Of a stretch of 64,000 nucleotides of DNA, positions 41,474 through 51,800 are shown piece after piece. The translations under genes and the position numbers were made by a program. A model generated the notes under the pieces. The model saw only the letters and a program-made list of their open reading frames with translations. It was not told the DNA's origin and made no database searches. Origin of the DNA: Thiotrichaceae bacterium (lineage in GTDB: Bacteria > Pseudomonadota > Gammaproteobacteria > Eutrophobiales > Eutrophobiaceae). Each line of letters starts with the position of its first letter. Positions within the stretch are counted from its first letter, which is position 1. Location: positions 15,898 to 79,897 of the forward strand of contig DUBV01000051.1 of assembly GCA_012960105.1 (NCBI GenBank). Direction: 5' to 3'.

Positions 41474-42073
41474 TTAGATTGGAGTATTCCAGTTTCCATC
41501 AAAGAAATTATCGCCAAGTGAATTTCGCGCGCGCTCATTATATTCACGTTCTTTCATATCCTCAGGAATATCACTTTCAGCTAATTGATAACCTACCGTC
41601 ATCATCGCCATCAGTTCATACTGCTCCGGTATCTCAAATGCTTCTCTGGTCATATCAACATCAAAGCCACCCATTTGATGCACCATTAATCCTAATGAAG
41701 CCGCTTGTAGACATAAGTTTTCTGAAGCCGCACCCGTATCATATTGTCCCCAGCGATTAGGGCTGCCATTTTTCGACACCTTCGAATCAGCACACGCCAA
41801 AAACAATAAAGGGGCATACTTAGCCCAGGATAGATTACCTGCAACTAAACACGACATCGCTTTTTCCCAAGCAGAAACATTCGTCGCTTTATCAAAAACA
41901 ATAAATCGCCAAGGTTGATCGCCAAAACAGGAAGGTGCCCAACGTGCGGCTTCCATAAGTGAAACTATATCTTCACGGGCAACAAGCTTCTCAGCATCAT
42001 AAGCCCGACCACTCCAACGAGAAGCGATTAATTCATTAATAGTGGTTTTTGTCTCAATTTTCTTATTAAACAT
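41474..42073 (-). CDS. Nitroreductase family protein (YdjA-like)
   Basis: 199 aa, RWSGRAY..PSCFGDQPWRF motif of the NAD(P)H nitroreductase fold. Confidence 0.75.
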   Translation of the reverse strand: MFNKKIETKTTINELIASRWSGRAYDAEKLVAREDIVSLMEAARWAPSCFGDQPWRFIVFDKATNVSAWEKAMSCLVAGNLSWAKYAPLLFLACADSKVSKNGSPNRWGQYDTGAASENLCLQAASLGLMVHQMGGFDVDMTREAFEIPEQYELMAMMTVGYQLAESDIPEDMKEREYNERARNSLGDNFFDGNWNTPI

Positions 42074-42148
42074 GTGTTATCAAACTCCCGTTTTGCTACT
42101 CTTAATGCAATGAATATAACAACTAATAAATAAAATATTTTATATATC

Positions 42149-43081
42149 ATGTCAGACATAGAAATATATCAAAAACTCTCTGCCAATATTGAAAAAGTAA
42201 TACAGGGACAGTCTATATCGATTAGAAAACTCCTGGCCGCATTCTTTAGCAATGGGCATGTCTTGCTTGAAGATGTTCCCGGCACCGGTAAAACGACGCT
42301 GGCAAAGGCGCTAGCAAAATCTATCGATATCGAATTCCAGCGTATACAGTTTACACCCGATTTATTGCCTACCGATATTCTTGGGGTATCTATTTTCAAT
42401 CAACGTGACCATGATTTTGAGTTTCATCAAGGTCCCATATTCAGCAATATACTACTGGCAGATGAAATCAATCGTGCTTCGCCACGCACACAATCAGCGT
42501 TACTAGAAGCCATGGGCGAACGTCAGGTCAGTATTGAACGCAATCAATATCAGCTAGATGAGTTATTTTTTGTTATTGCCACACAAAATCCGATTGAATA
42601 TCACGGCACCTATCCTCTACCCGAGGCACAAATGGATCGTTTTGCTATGCGATTTGGACTTGGCTATGTCAATCCGGAAGAAGAAATTGCCATACTCGAT
42701 AATCAAAGCAGTCATCACCCTATTGATGATCTAACACCCTGCATTAGTAAAACCGATGTTATTCACCTAAAACAACACGTTACTAAAATTAACATCAGTG
42801 ATGAAGTTAAACATTACATGGTTAACCTTGTACGAGCGACCCGAGAAACAGAAGGAATTATCAATGGTGCCAGCCCACGTGCCTCACTATCGTTAATGAA
42901 AGCAGCGCAAGCACTAGCCTTGTTTGATGGCCTGGATTATGTCACGCCTGATCATGTGCAGGAAATAGCCATTCCTATCATGTCACATCGTATCATGATG
43001 GATTCACAAGCGCGTTTCTCTGGCAATAGCAGCGATCAAATTATTGAAGCGATCCTGTCCAACATAGCTGTTCCCACTTAG
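42149..43081 (+). CDS. MoxR family AAA+ ATPase
   Basis: 310 aa with Walker A GVPGTGKTT, Walker B LLADEINRASPRTQSALLEAM and sensor motifs. Confidence 0.88.
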   Translation: MSDIEIYQKLSANIEKVIQGQSISIRKLLAAFFSNGHVLLEDVPGTGKTTLAKALAKSIDIEFQRIQFTPDLLPTDILGVSIFNQRDHDFEFHQGPIFSNILLADEINRASPRTQSALLEAMGERQVSIERNQYQLDELFFVIATQNPIEYHGTYPLPEAQMDRFAMRFGLGYVNPEEEIAILDNQSSHHPIDDLTPCISKTDVIHLKQHVTKINISDEVKHYMVNLVRATRETEGIINGASPRASLSLMKAAQALALFDGLDYVTPDHVQEIAIPIMSHRIMMDSQARFSGNSSDQIIEAILSNIAVPT

Positions 43082-43097
43082 GACAGAGATTAAAAGC

Positions 43098-44441
43098 ATG
43101 TTACGTAGACTGCTGTTTGCAAACTTCAAACTGGTTTACAAACTAAGTCAATGGATGCGACAACGTTTTACCGCTGCCGGCATGTTAATCCTTTTAACCA
43201 TGCCTGTTGCTGGCGTGTTTGGCTTTGATACGCGCTCGACACTTTCCTTCCAAATATTCTCTATTACCTTAATACTTTTAATTACCTCAATTAGTTTTTC
43301 ATTATTATTTCGAGGAAAGTTTTCTATCGATAGAAAATTACCCGACTACGGCACAGTCGGCACAGCTTTGTATTATTCTTGCGCAATTAAAAATAATAAT
43401 AAAAAACCACGTAAAGGTTTGGTGTTGATTGATGATTTAAATAGTCCGTTTCCGACATTGGATGAATTTATTCATGCAAAAGATCCACTAGATAAGATTC
43501 GCAATCGTGTCGATCGAATTATGGGTTACCCGCGATTAATGAACACCATAAGAAAACTACGCGGCGCTGCCATAGCGCCCGTGTCAATTGACTATATTGC
43601 TGAAAATAGCGAAACAGAAGAAAACATTAAACTAATCCCCTTGCGTAGAGGCTATCTTTATTTCGAAAAAATCAGGTTAGCCCAAGCTGACCCATTGGGT
43701 TTATTTCAAGCACAAAAAATATTTAAGAAAAAAGATAAATTATTAATACTGCCTAAATTATATAAAACGCCTACTCTAAACACGCATGGTAAACGCACCT
43801 ATCAACAAGGTGGCATCAATAACGCGTCATCAATCGGCGATTCACAAGAGTTTATTTCTCTACGCGATTATCGACCCGGCGATCCTATTCGTTCTATACA
43901 TTGGAAAAGCTTTGCCAAAACAAACCACCTTGTTGTTAAAGAATATAATGATGAATTCTTTATCCGTTATGGCCTAATCCTCGATACTTGGCTTGACGAT
44001 AAATCAGAAGACATATTCGAAGATGCCATTTCTATAGCAGCATCATTTATGACCGCACAAAAAGAACAAGATGCCCTGTTAGATTTAATGTTTATAGGTA
44101 ACAACACCTATCGATTTACATCAGGTCGTGGCTTAGGCGGGACAGAGAACATCATGGAAGTACTTGCTTGTATAAAGCCTGTCTATGAAAGCAATATAAA
44201 AAGCATGGAAGTCATGCTGAACGAGTATATGCATGAATGTAGTGCCTTAATATGCATTTTGCTGGATCTTGACAAACCCCGCCAACGATTATTAAGAACC
44301 CTTGCTAGCTATAACGTACCTATAAAAGTATTAATCATTAGCGATACTGAAAAATTAGAAATAGTATACATCCCGCACTTAACTGATATCAATGTCATTC
44401 ATCATGATCGCTTACAACAAGATCTCGATGTCCTGTCGTAA
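43098..44441 (+). CDS. DUF58 domain protein (vWA-like, MoxR partner)
   Basis: 447 aa with N-terminal TM segments and a DUF58 core (DYRPGDPIRSIHWKSFAKTNHLVVKEY). Confidence 0.75.
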   Translation: MLRRLLFANFKLVYKLSQWMRQRFTAAGMLILLTMPVAGVFGFDTRSTLSFQIFSITLILLITSISFSLLFRGKFSIDRKLPDYGTVGTALYYSCAIKNNNKKPRKGLVLIDDLNSPFPTLDEFIHAKDPLDKIRNRVDRIMGYPRLMNTIRKLRGAAIAPVSIDYIAENSETEENIKLIPLRRGYLYFEKIRLAQADPLGLFQAQKIFKKKDKLLILPKLYKTPTLNTHGKRTYQQGGINNASSIGDSQEFISLRDYRPGDPIRSIHWKSFAKTNHLVVKEYNDEFFIRYGLILDTWLDDKSEDIFEDAISIAASFMTAQKEQDALLDLMFIGNNTYRFTSGRGLGGTENIMEVLACIKPVYESNIKSMEVMLNEYMHECSALICILLDLDKPRQRLLRTLASYNVPIKVLIISDTEKLEIVYIPHLTDINVIHHDRLQQDLDVLS

Positions 44442-44444
44442 GCT

Positions 44445-46439
44445 ATGAATAATATAAATATAAATATAAAAACAGTTAAAAATCGCTTAAAAGCAGCACC
44501 TCTGGGTTTAACCTTAGCAAGCTTACTACTATGGGGATGGCAAACAGACTATCTGTTTTATGCCATTATTATGGGTGTATTGCTAGAACTGCCCTACTTT
44601 ATAAAATGGCGAATTGAATTTAGTGAAAAGGATATCAATCAACTCGCCGATCTCAGCGGCATCCTATTTTTTATTGTTACTGTTTATGTCTTCGTAAACT
44701 ATTCATTTCAAGGAATATATAAAATCCTTGAATTGCTTCCATTTGCTTTAGTTATACTCATGCTTGCGCAAAATTACAGTATGCAAAATGGGATCAGAAC
44801 TTCAGCCTTGTTTATCAGTATCCGCCGTATGGGTAACAAAGCCGACTCTGATATTCTTTATGACACCAATATCAGCCTGCCTTATATTTTTCTTTGCTTG
44901 ATCTCAGCTAGCTCCGGCAATAAATATAACGAAGTGTTTTTCTTTTCTAGCTCTTTCATCATTGTATGGACACTCTGGGGATTAAGAGCAAAACACCATT
45001 CCATTATTTCCTGGCTTACACCGATAGCCATTGTCATATCCATATCATTCTTAACTCAACAAGGCTTACAGACTTTACAAAATAACGCAGAAATTTTCTT
45101 TCTCGATCTATTCGAGCAATATGGTTTTTCCAGTCGCGATCCAGATCGCGCCAGAACCACAATAGGTTCATTAGGACGATTAAAATTATCTGATCGTATT
45201 GTTTTAAGAATAAAATCAGACCATGAGCTAGACACGCCGCTCTATTTTCGAGAAACATCATACAGTCGCTATCACCACGGGACATGGAGCAATCCTCAAG
45301 TTGAATTCGATATCATAGAAAAAACTCCTGCAAAAAAAGAATGGCGTTTAAATAAACAATTAAATGACACTGGGAATTTTGATATCGCAATCTACTTGCA
45401 AGATCAGTCATCTATACTTCCCGTGCCAGATAATATAAACACATTATCCGGAAAAGATTTAATTCAGGTGGAAACTAGCATCTATGGTTCAACAAGAATC
45501 GAAGCACGTGAAGGCTGGATTAGTTATCGACTAGGATATTCTGACAAAGATTTTGTTGAAGTTGAACCTACGGCAGATGACTTAGTAATCCAACTCAACT
45601 ATCAAAATGATTTTAAACTAGTCGCAGAAGAATTAGAACTCTATACAAAATCACCAGAACAAATCATTAATACTGTAAAACAATATTTTAAAGATAACTT
45701 TTATTATTCGATCACACAAAATCAACGCTACACAAGAGGACAGTATTTAACAAAGTTTTTATTTAAAGATAAAAAAGGACACTGCGAATATTTTGCCACA
45801 GCCACCGCCCTACTTCTACGCGAAGCCGGCATACCTACACGCTATACCATAGGTTATTCAGTACAAGAATACAGCGCATGGCAAAAGATGTACTTAGTGC
45901 GTGCACGCCATGCACATTCATGGCTTAAATATTATATCAACGGAAAATGGCATAAGATGGATACAACACCATCAATATGGGCACCAATGGAAGCTGCAGA
46001 CAGAACCATAATGGAACCGTTCTTCGATCTACTTTCATATTTGCGCTATAAAATAACCGGCAGTGAAATTGAATCAAATACCGAGTCAAATGATTGGCTT
46101 ATATGGCTACTCATACCATTAATGGCATATTTAGTATGGCGCTTTTATAATAAACAACGAGTAGATACGAAAAAGACTCGCAACGATAATTTTGACACTA
46201 AACTAAAACGATTTGGTATGGACTCCCCTATTTATCCGCTATTACAAAATCTGGAACAAGAGGCAGCGACAAGACTACAGGGAGAAACATTAAGCAAATG
46301 GATAAAACGAATATTGCCAATAACAGAGGCAGAAAAATATCTCCAGTTGATTAAGTTACATAATCGTTATCGGTTTAATCCTGTTAGTAATAAGCGTCAT
46401 GACAAACAATCAATAAAAGAGCTATTAGATCGCGTCTAA
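44445..46439 (+). CDS. Transglutaminase-like membrane protein (DUF3488 + transglutaminase core, TgpA-like)
   Basis: 664 aa. Multi-TM N-terminus, Cys protease-like core (GHCEYFATATALLLREAGIPTRYTIGY, later H/D) and a C-terminal TM. Confidence 0.8.
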   Translation: MNNININIKTVKNRLKAAPLGLTLASLLLWGWQTDYLFYAIIMGVLLELPYFIKWRIEFSEKDINQLADLSGILFFIVTVYVFVNYSFQGIYKILELLPFALVILMLAQNYSMQNGIRTSALFISIRRMGNKADSDILYDTNISLPYIFLCLISASSGNKYNEVFFFSSSFIIVWTLWGLRAKHHSIISWLTPIAIVISISFLTQQGLQTLQNNAEIFFLDLFEQYGFSSRDPDRARTTIGSLGRLKLSDRIVLRIKSDHELDTPLYFRETSYSRYHHGTWSNPQVEFDIIEKTPAKKEWRLNKQLNDTGNFDIAIYLQDQSSILPVPDNINTLSGKDLIQVETSIYGSTRIEAREGWISYRLGYSDKDFVEVEPTADDLVIQLNYQNDFKLVAEELELYTKSPEQIINTVKQYFKDNFYYSITQNQRYTRGQYLTKFLFKDKKGHCEYFATATALLLREAGIPTRYTIGYSVQEYSAWQKMYLVRARHAHSWLKYYINGKWHKMDTTPSIWAPMEAADRTIMEPFFDLLSYLRYKITGSEIESNTESNDWLIWLLIPLMAYLVWRFYNKQRVDTKKTRNDNFDTKLKRFGMDSPIYPLLQNLEQEAATRLQGETLSKWIKRILPITEAEKYLQLIKLHNRYRFNPVSNKRHDKQSIKELLDRV

Positions 46440-46459
46440 TTTTTTAGTTAAATTTTAAT

Positions 46460-47116
46460 CTATGAATAGACGAACAAATAGTTACCTTCGATTTTATATT
46501 TAATTTTAGTAAGCGGCTGTTGATTCCCATTTTCTATACATTCACCATTCTCTAGGTTGAACTTCCAGTGATGCATTGGGCACTCCAGTGTCATTCCATC
46601 GATTGCATCACCGGGAATATTTGAGGCCTTATGTGGACAGATACTATCGAAGACTATAAAGTCATCACCGTCTCTTGAGACAAAACAAGCTTGCTTGCCA
46701 TATTCAAAGCGTGACGCACCTTCTTTTATATCAGTAATCTCAATTAACTTATGCCATTGTTTTTTTTTAGTTTGAACTGCCTTGGTCTGTTCTATCTTAC
46801 CCAATTTTTCCGGATCAAATTCAGGAAGTTCCATTTTCAGGATTATGTCTACCGCCCAGATGATTTTGCTTAGTCCTAATGTCGGCATACAAACCAACAT
46901 GGCATCTAATATTTCATCGGCACTATTACCTTCTTTTAATGCCCTCTTTAAATATTGTTTTAAACCGGCTTCTGTTTGCGCATTAACTTTGGTTATTACT
47001 GATAATAAAAATCGGGTTTTATCATCAAGATGTTTACCTCCCTCTTTTAAAAATTTAAAATAAGGTTGTATCGCGTCTTTTCTAACGTCTAATAAATAAT
47101 CCAGTGCATCACTCAT
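46460..47116 (-). CDS. Fusion protein: carboxymuconolactone decarboxylase (CMD/AhpD-like) domain + Rieske [2Fe-2S] domain
   Basis: C-terminal Rieske boxes CPH...(17)...CPMH (CPHKASNIPGDAIDGMTLECPMHHWKF). The N-terminal ~110 aa have a CMD-like helical pattern (ILDAMLVCMPTLGLSKIIWA). The track ORF starts at 47152. The Met at 47116 avoids the overlap, leaving the upstream stop 2 nt before this ATG. Confidence 0.6.
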   Translation of the reverse strand: MSDALDYLLDVRKDAIQPYFKFLKEGGKHLDDKTRFLLSVITKVNAQTEAGLKQYLKRALKEGNSADEILDAMLVCMPTLGLSKIIWAVDIILKMELPEFDPEKLGKIEQTKAVQTKKKQWHKLIEITDIKEGASRFEYGKQACFVSRDGDDFIVFDSICPHKASNIPGDAIDGMTLECPMHHWKFNLENGECIENGNQQPLTKIKYKIEGNYLFVYS

Positions 47117-47615
47117 TTGTATATTGTACCTCTTCTTGTTCTTCTTCTGCATCTTCCCATGCTATAGGTGGCATTTTTACAGTAACTTCACCGATTTTAT
47201 TTGCATAGATATCGTCCATTAAGAAAGTCCTGGTCGGATTATCGTAATTCTGATGCAGTAACATAATATTTAATTTCGGATCAGTTGTTTTTATTATTTC
47301 TTCTTCCATTTCAAATAATATCGTTTTCTTAATAACCTGGCGCACAGGGATATGCACCGAAACAATACCGACACGATGGCTATCTCTTCGAGTACATGCA
47401 TTGGTATTATGTTTTTGAAAACAACGTACACCTACTTCCATAACAGGCGATCCCGTATCTGCATTCACTGTACGAAAACGTAACTCGACAAAGTCCAGCC
47501 TTACATCCAGTTTCGTACCGAATAACGCAAAATAATCTGCAGTAACAAAAGAAGCTGATATAAATATAAAAAATGAAACTACATATATTGCTATCCTAAC
47601 TGCTTTTTTATTCAT
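47109..47615 (-). CDS. Hypothetical membrane-anchored protein with acidic C-terminus
   Basis: 168 aa with N-terminal TM (IAIYVVSFFIFISASFVTA) and an EEEQEEVQYTNE tail. Translationally coupled between the antiporter and the CMD-Rieske gene. Confidence 0.5.
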   Translation of the reverse strand: MNKKAVRIAIYVVSFFIFISASFVTADYFALFGTKLDVRLDFVELRFRTVNADTGSPVMEVGVRCFQKHNTNACTRRDSHRVGIVSVHIPVRQVIKKTILFEMEEEIIKTTDPKLNIMLLHQNYDNPTRTFLMDDIYANKIGEVTVKMPPIAWEDAEEEQEEVQYTNE

Positions 47616-47620
47616 TCCAT

Positions 47621-48790
47621 TTAGTCTCTACGTAGTCGATCAGTTACTGAAATTGGCGTCGGGTATCGCATTACAATAATGTATGACGATACTGCGAAAG
47701 TAAGTAATGTTGCTAATTGAATTAAGTAAGACGTTTTATCGTCGATAAAACCTGATTCAACAGCAAGAACAGCTATTAATAAAGAAAACTCACTGATCTG
47801 CCCTAACCTGAATCCTGTTTCATATGAAACGTATTTTTTCTCGCCTTGTTTTAGTAATAGCCAGCCAAAGACTAGCGGTTTGAATATCAACACCATCGCC
47901 GCTAGCAAGATTGCCGGAATATATATTTCATTAATGACTGACATATTAAATCCCGCACCTAGTGAAAAGAAAAATATAATTAAAAAGAAATCTCGCAACG
48001 GCTTTAAACTCTCAGTAATAAAAAGTGCAATGGGACAAGACGCTAGAGTGACACCCGCGACTAAAGCACCTATTTCAGGAGACAAACCGATATAATTTGC
48101 TAATTCGGCAATACCAAGACACCATGCGATTGCTAATAAAAATATATACTCATGTATTTGATCAAAACGTTGAATTAACTTTACCAATACATATTTTTCT
48201 AATACGTAAGCAATACCGATTAACATAGGCAGATAAACTAATTGCAGAGCAATATCTGAAACCAGGTTTCCACCTTTGCCATAACCTTGTAGCAATAACA
48301 AAATAACAATAGCGATTAAATCCTGTATCAATAAAACACTGATAATAATCTGCCCGGTATGACGATGATGTAATATTGTCGTCGGCAATAATTTCAAACC
48401 AATAATGGTACTTGAGAACATCATAACCGCACCGATTAACATCGCTTGTAACAGTTCGTATCCAAATACAAATCCTATAAGAAAACCAAACACGCAAAAG
48501 ATCGCTGAACTGGCAAAGGTAACTACTATCGCTTCTCTTAACATTTTCCATAATTGCTGTGGAAGTAAATCCAGACCTAATAAATACAGGAGAAAAATAA
48601 TACCTATATTAGAAATATCGCTGATCAATTCAGCATCATTTACAAAGCCCAGTCCCCAAGGGCCCAGTATTAAACCAAGTGCGATGTAAGCAATTATCAT
48701 TGCCTGTCGTGCATACAAGGCAATCGTCGCGAACACTGCTGCGCCGGTAAATATTAAAAATATTGAAAATTCTATTGATTGCTCAGCCAT
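47621..48790 (-). CDS. Monovalent cation:proton antiporter, CPA2/Kef-type membrane domain (no KTN domain)
   Basis: 389 aa polytopic membrane protein. The Na+/H+-exchanger family N-terminus (GLILGPWGLGFV, IFLLYLLGLDL) resembles the KefB/KefC membrane domain. Confidence 0.75.
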   Translation of the reverse strand: MAEQSIEFSIFLIFTGAAVFATIALYARQAMIIAYIALGLILGPWGLGFVNDAELISDISNIGIIFLLYLLGLDLLPQQLWKMLREAIVVTFASSAIFCVFGFLIGFVFGYELLQAMLIGAVMMFSSTIIGLKLLPTTILHHRHTGQIIISVLLIQDLIAIVILLLLQGYGKGGNLVSDIALQLVYLPMLIGIAYVLEKYVLVKLIQRFDQIHEYIFLLAIAWCLGIAELANYIGLSPEIGALVAGVTLASCPIALFITESLKPLRDFFLIIFFFSLGAGFNMSVINEIYIPAILLAAMVLIFKPLVFGWLLLKQGEKKYVSYETGFRLGQISEFSLLIAVLAVESGFIDDKTSYLIQLATLLTFAVSSYIIVMRYPTPISVTDRLRRD

Positions 48791-48805
48791 ATTTATCTCA
48801 GGTCA

Positions 48806-51800
48806 TCATTCCATTTGTTGATACTGCTGCCACATTCTATCCATGCGTTTCATTGAAACGGGGACATTCGTTTTTAATTCTTGTGTAAACAAGGATATTC
48901 GTAATTCTTCAATTAGCCAACGGTAATCATATAAGGATGTCGTAAAACACTCTGTTTCATAGGCATTATCTACTAATTTCTTGATTCGATTCCAGTGTTC
49001 GCTAATAAGCAAGGTATTTTGTCTATCTTTCTCAAGCCCACCAGTCAGTTTTTCGAGACGTTTTAATATGGAATCCAGATATCTTGGATACTGGATAAGA
49101 TATTTATAAGGAATATCATCAATAAAACCAGCAAAGATTAAATACTCCATCTGACCTTCAATATCGGCAACCGTATTACCATGCTTTAAAATATCGGCAT
49201 CAGAAAGTCGGGCCAATACGCTAATCTGTTTTTGTAATATCGTTTCTAACAAAATACATACTTTTTCAGAATTCATTAATAAATTCTGTTTATCCTGAGA
49301 CAGGCTTGCATAGAAATGGTCCTTTTTTCTAATCGGTTCCTGCTTATACAAAAAAGTTTCGTCTAATGTCAGGTTGACTATTTCACCTATTAACTCGTCT
49401 CTCGTCCCTATATTGCTATACATCAACGCTAGCTTTTCAATGCCACGAAGATTTTTGCGCATATATTTAATTTCTTTTGCCAGTTCCTTCTTGAATAAAC
49501 CTCTTAGGCCATATCTTAAATAATATTCTGCGCTACCCTGATTATCGAATGCGTGGCGATAGACTTTACCCTCTTCCTCTATCAATGAGGGATAAACTGT
49601 AATGCTATTGCCATCGGTTTCTATTTCCTGTTTTATCGGTAACTCGTCAAAATCCCACGAGGATATTTCTTCTGTGCCATAAACATCATCGTATAATTCG
49701 ATAAAGGCATTATCTGCTTTGTCCGAAAATGATTCCTTTAATACGCTAATATCTTTTCCTGAACCTAGCACCGCATTTTCTGCATCAAGAATTCGATAAT
49801 TTATTTTTAAATGTTCTGGTAATGATGTATCAGACCAATCATTTTCTTTTATTTCTATGGAACGTGTTCTCAATATATAGGCGGATATATTTTTCTTTAA
49901 AGACACGCCGCGGTTATTAATATTGCGCGCACATTCCTTAGCAACATCCGGGATAGGTACTATTTTTGTTCTGATAGACTTAGGCAACGATCGTAATAGC
50001 AACACAATCTTTTCTTCTAACAAGCCAGGCACCAGATAATCCATCTGCTTATCATTAAATTGATTTAATACAGCAACAGGAATATCTATGCTTAAACCAT
50101 CTTCGCTTTGACCTGGTTCGAACTTATATTCAAGCGGCATACTGATGCCTTTAGATTGAATATAATCTGGGTATGATATTTCAGTAACGTCACTTGCCTC
50201 ATGACTCATGATTTGTTCTTTATCAAAAAACAACGCTTGTTTTTGTTCTTGACTAAGCTTCTTCGTCCACACGGCAAATGATTGGCCATCATAAACATCC
50301 GCTGGCAACGCTTTATGATAGAAACTATATATAGCTTCCTCATCAATTATATCTGGACGACGCGATTTAATTTCTAATTCACGAATCTCATTAATGACTT
50401 GATTATTATGTTTAAAAAATTTCGCACTGGATTCCAGATCTCCATCAACAAGTGCATTCCTTATAAATAATATTTTCGATTCAACAGGATTGACACGGCC
50501 ATAGTTAACTCTTTTTCCGGCAACCAACGTCATACCGTATAAACTAATTTTTTGTAACGCGACCACACTCGAACTTTTACTTTCCCAATGTGCACCGGAA
50601 TAATCGTACTTTAATAAATGTTTTGCGCTGCTTATTAACCAATTTGATTCTATCTTGGCAACATTGCGCGCATACAGTCGTGAAGTCTCAACCAAATCCG
50701 CGGCAACGATCCACTTCGGTTTATTATTAAACTGTGCCGATGCAGGAAATATATTTAACTTAATATCTCTAGCACCGGTGTATTCATGTTTATCAGATAA
50801 GAAAGCAACATGACTCGGCATGCCGGTTAATATTGCACAGTGCACATTTTGATACGTAGCCGGCTCTGTATTAATAGAAAACTTCATCTCAGTACAGACA
50901 TGGCGTAACTGTCGATGAATATCGGCCCATTCACGCATACGCATATACGATAAAAAGTTTTGCTGGCATAACTTTCTTAATTTATTTTGCGATAACTTTT
51001 TTGTTTGTTTCTGATAAAAATACCAGAGATTAACAAACCATAAAAAATCTGAATTCTCATCATCAAACTGTTGATGCGATTCGTCTGATTTTTGTTGCTT
51101 ATCTATAGGTCGCTCTCTCGGACTTTGGATACTTAAAACGCCAACAATAATTAACATTTCATTCAAACAATTAAATTCATTCGCCGCGAGTAATAATCTT
51201 GCGTGTCTCGGATCTAATGGAAACCGCGCTACTCTTCTACCAATAGACGTCAGATTATCTTGTTTATCCAGCGCGTTAATTTCTTGTAACACACGCATGC
51301 CATCACTGATTAACTTTTTCTCTGGCGGGTCGATGAAAGGAAATTTTTCTATCTCACCAATATTCAGAGCCTTCATTTGTAAAATTACCGAAGCGAGATT
51401 AGTACGCAATATTTCTGGCTGCGTATATTCACTACGAGCGTTGAAATCTTCTTCGCTATACAAACGAATGCAAATTCCTTCGCTGGTACGACCGCAACGT
51501 CCCTTACGTTGATTTGCCGCCGCCATTGATATTCTTTCTATGGGCAAACGTTGTACTTTACTTTTATAGCTATAACGACTGATGCGCGCCATACCGCTAT
51601 CAATAACGTAACGGATACCGGGAATGGTCAATGATGTCTCGGCAAGATTTGTTGCCAACACCACATGACGGCGCTTATGCGGTGCAAAGATTTTGTTTTG
51701 TCGCGACGAACTTAAACGTGCATACAGCGGCAGAATATCGGTATCGGGCAGATTTTGCTTGCGCAATAACTTGTCTGTTTCGTGTATCTCGCCCTCGCCT

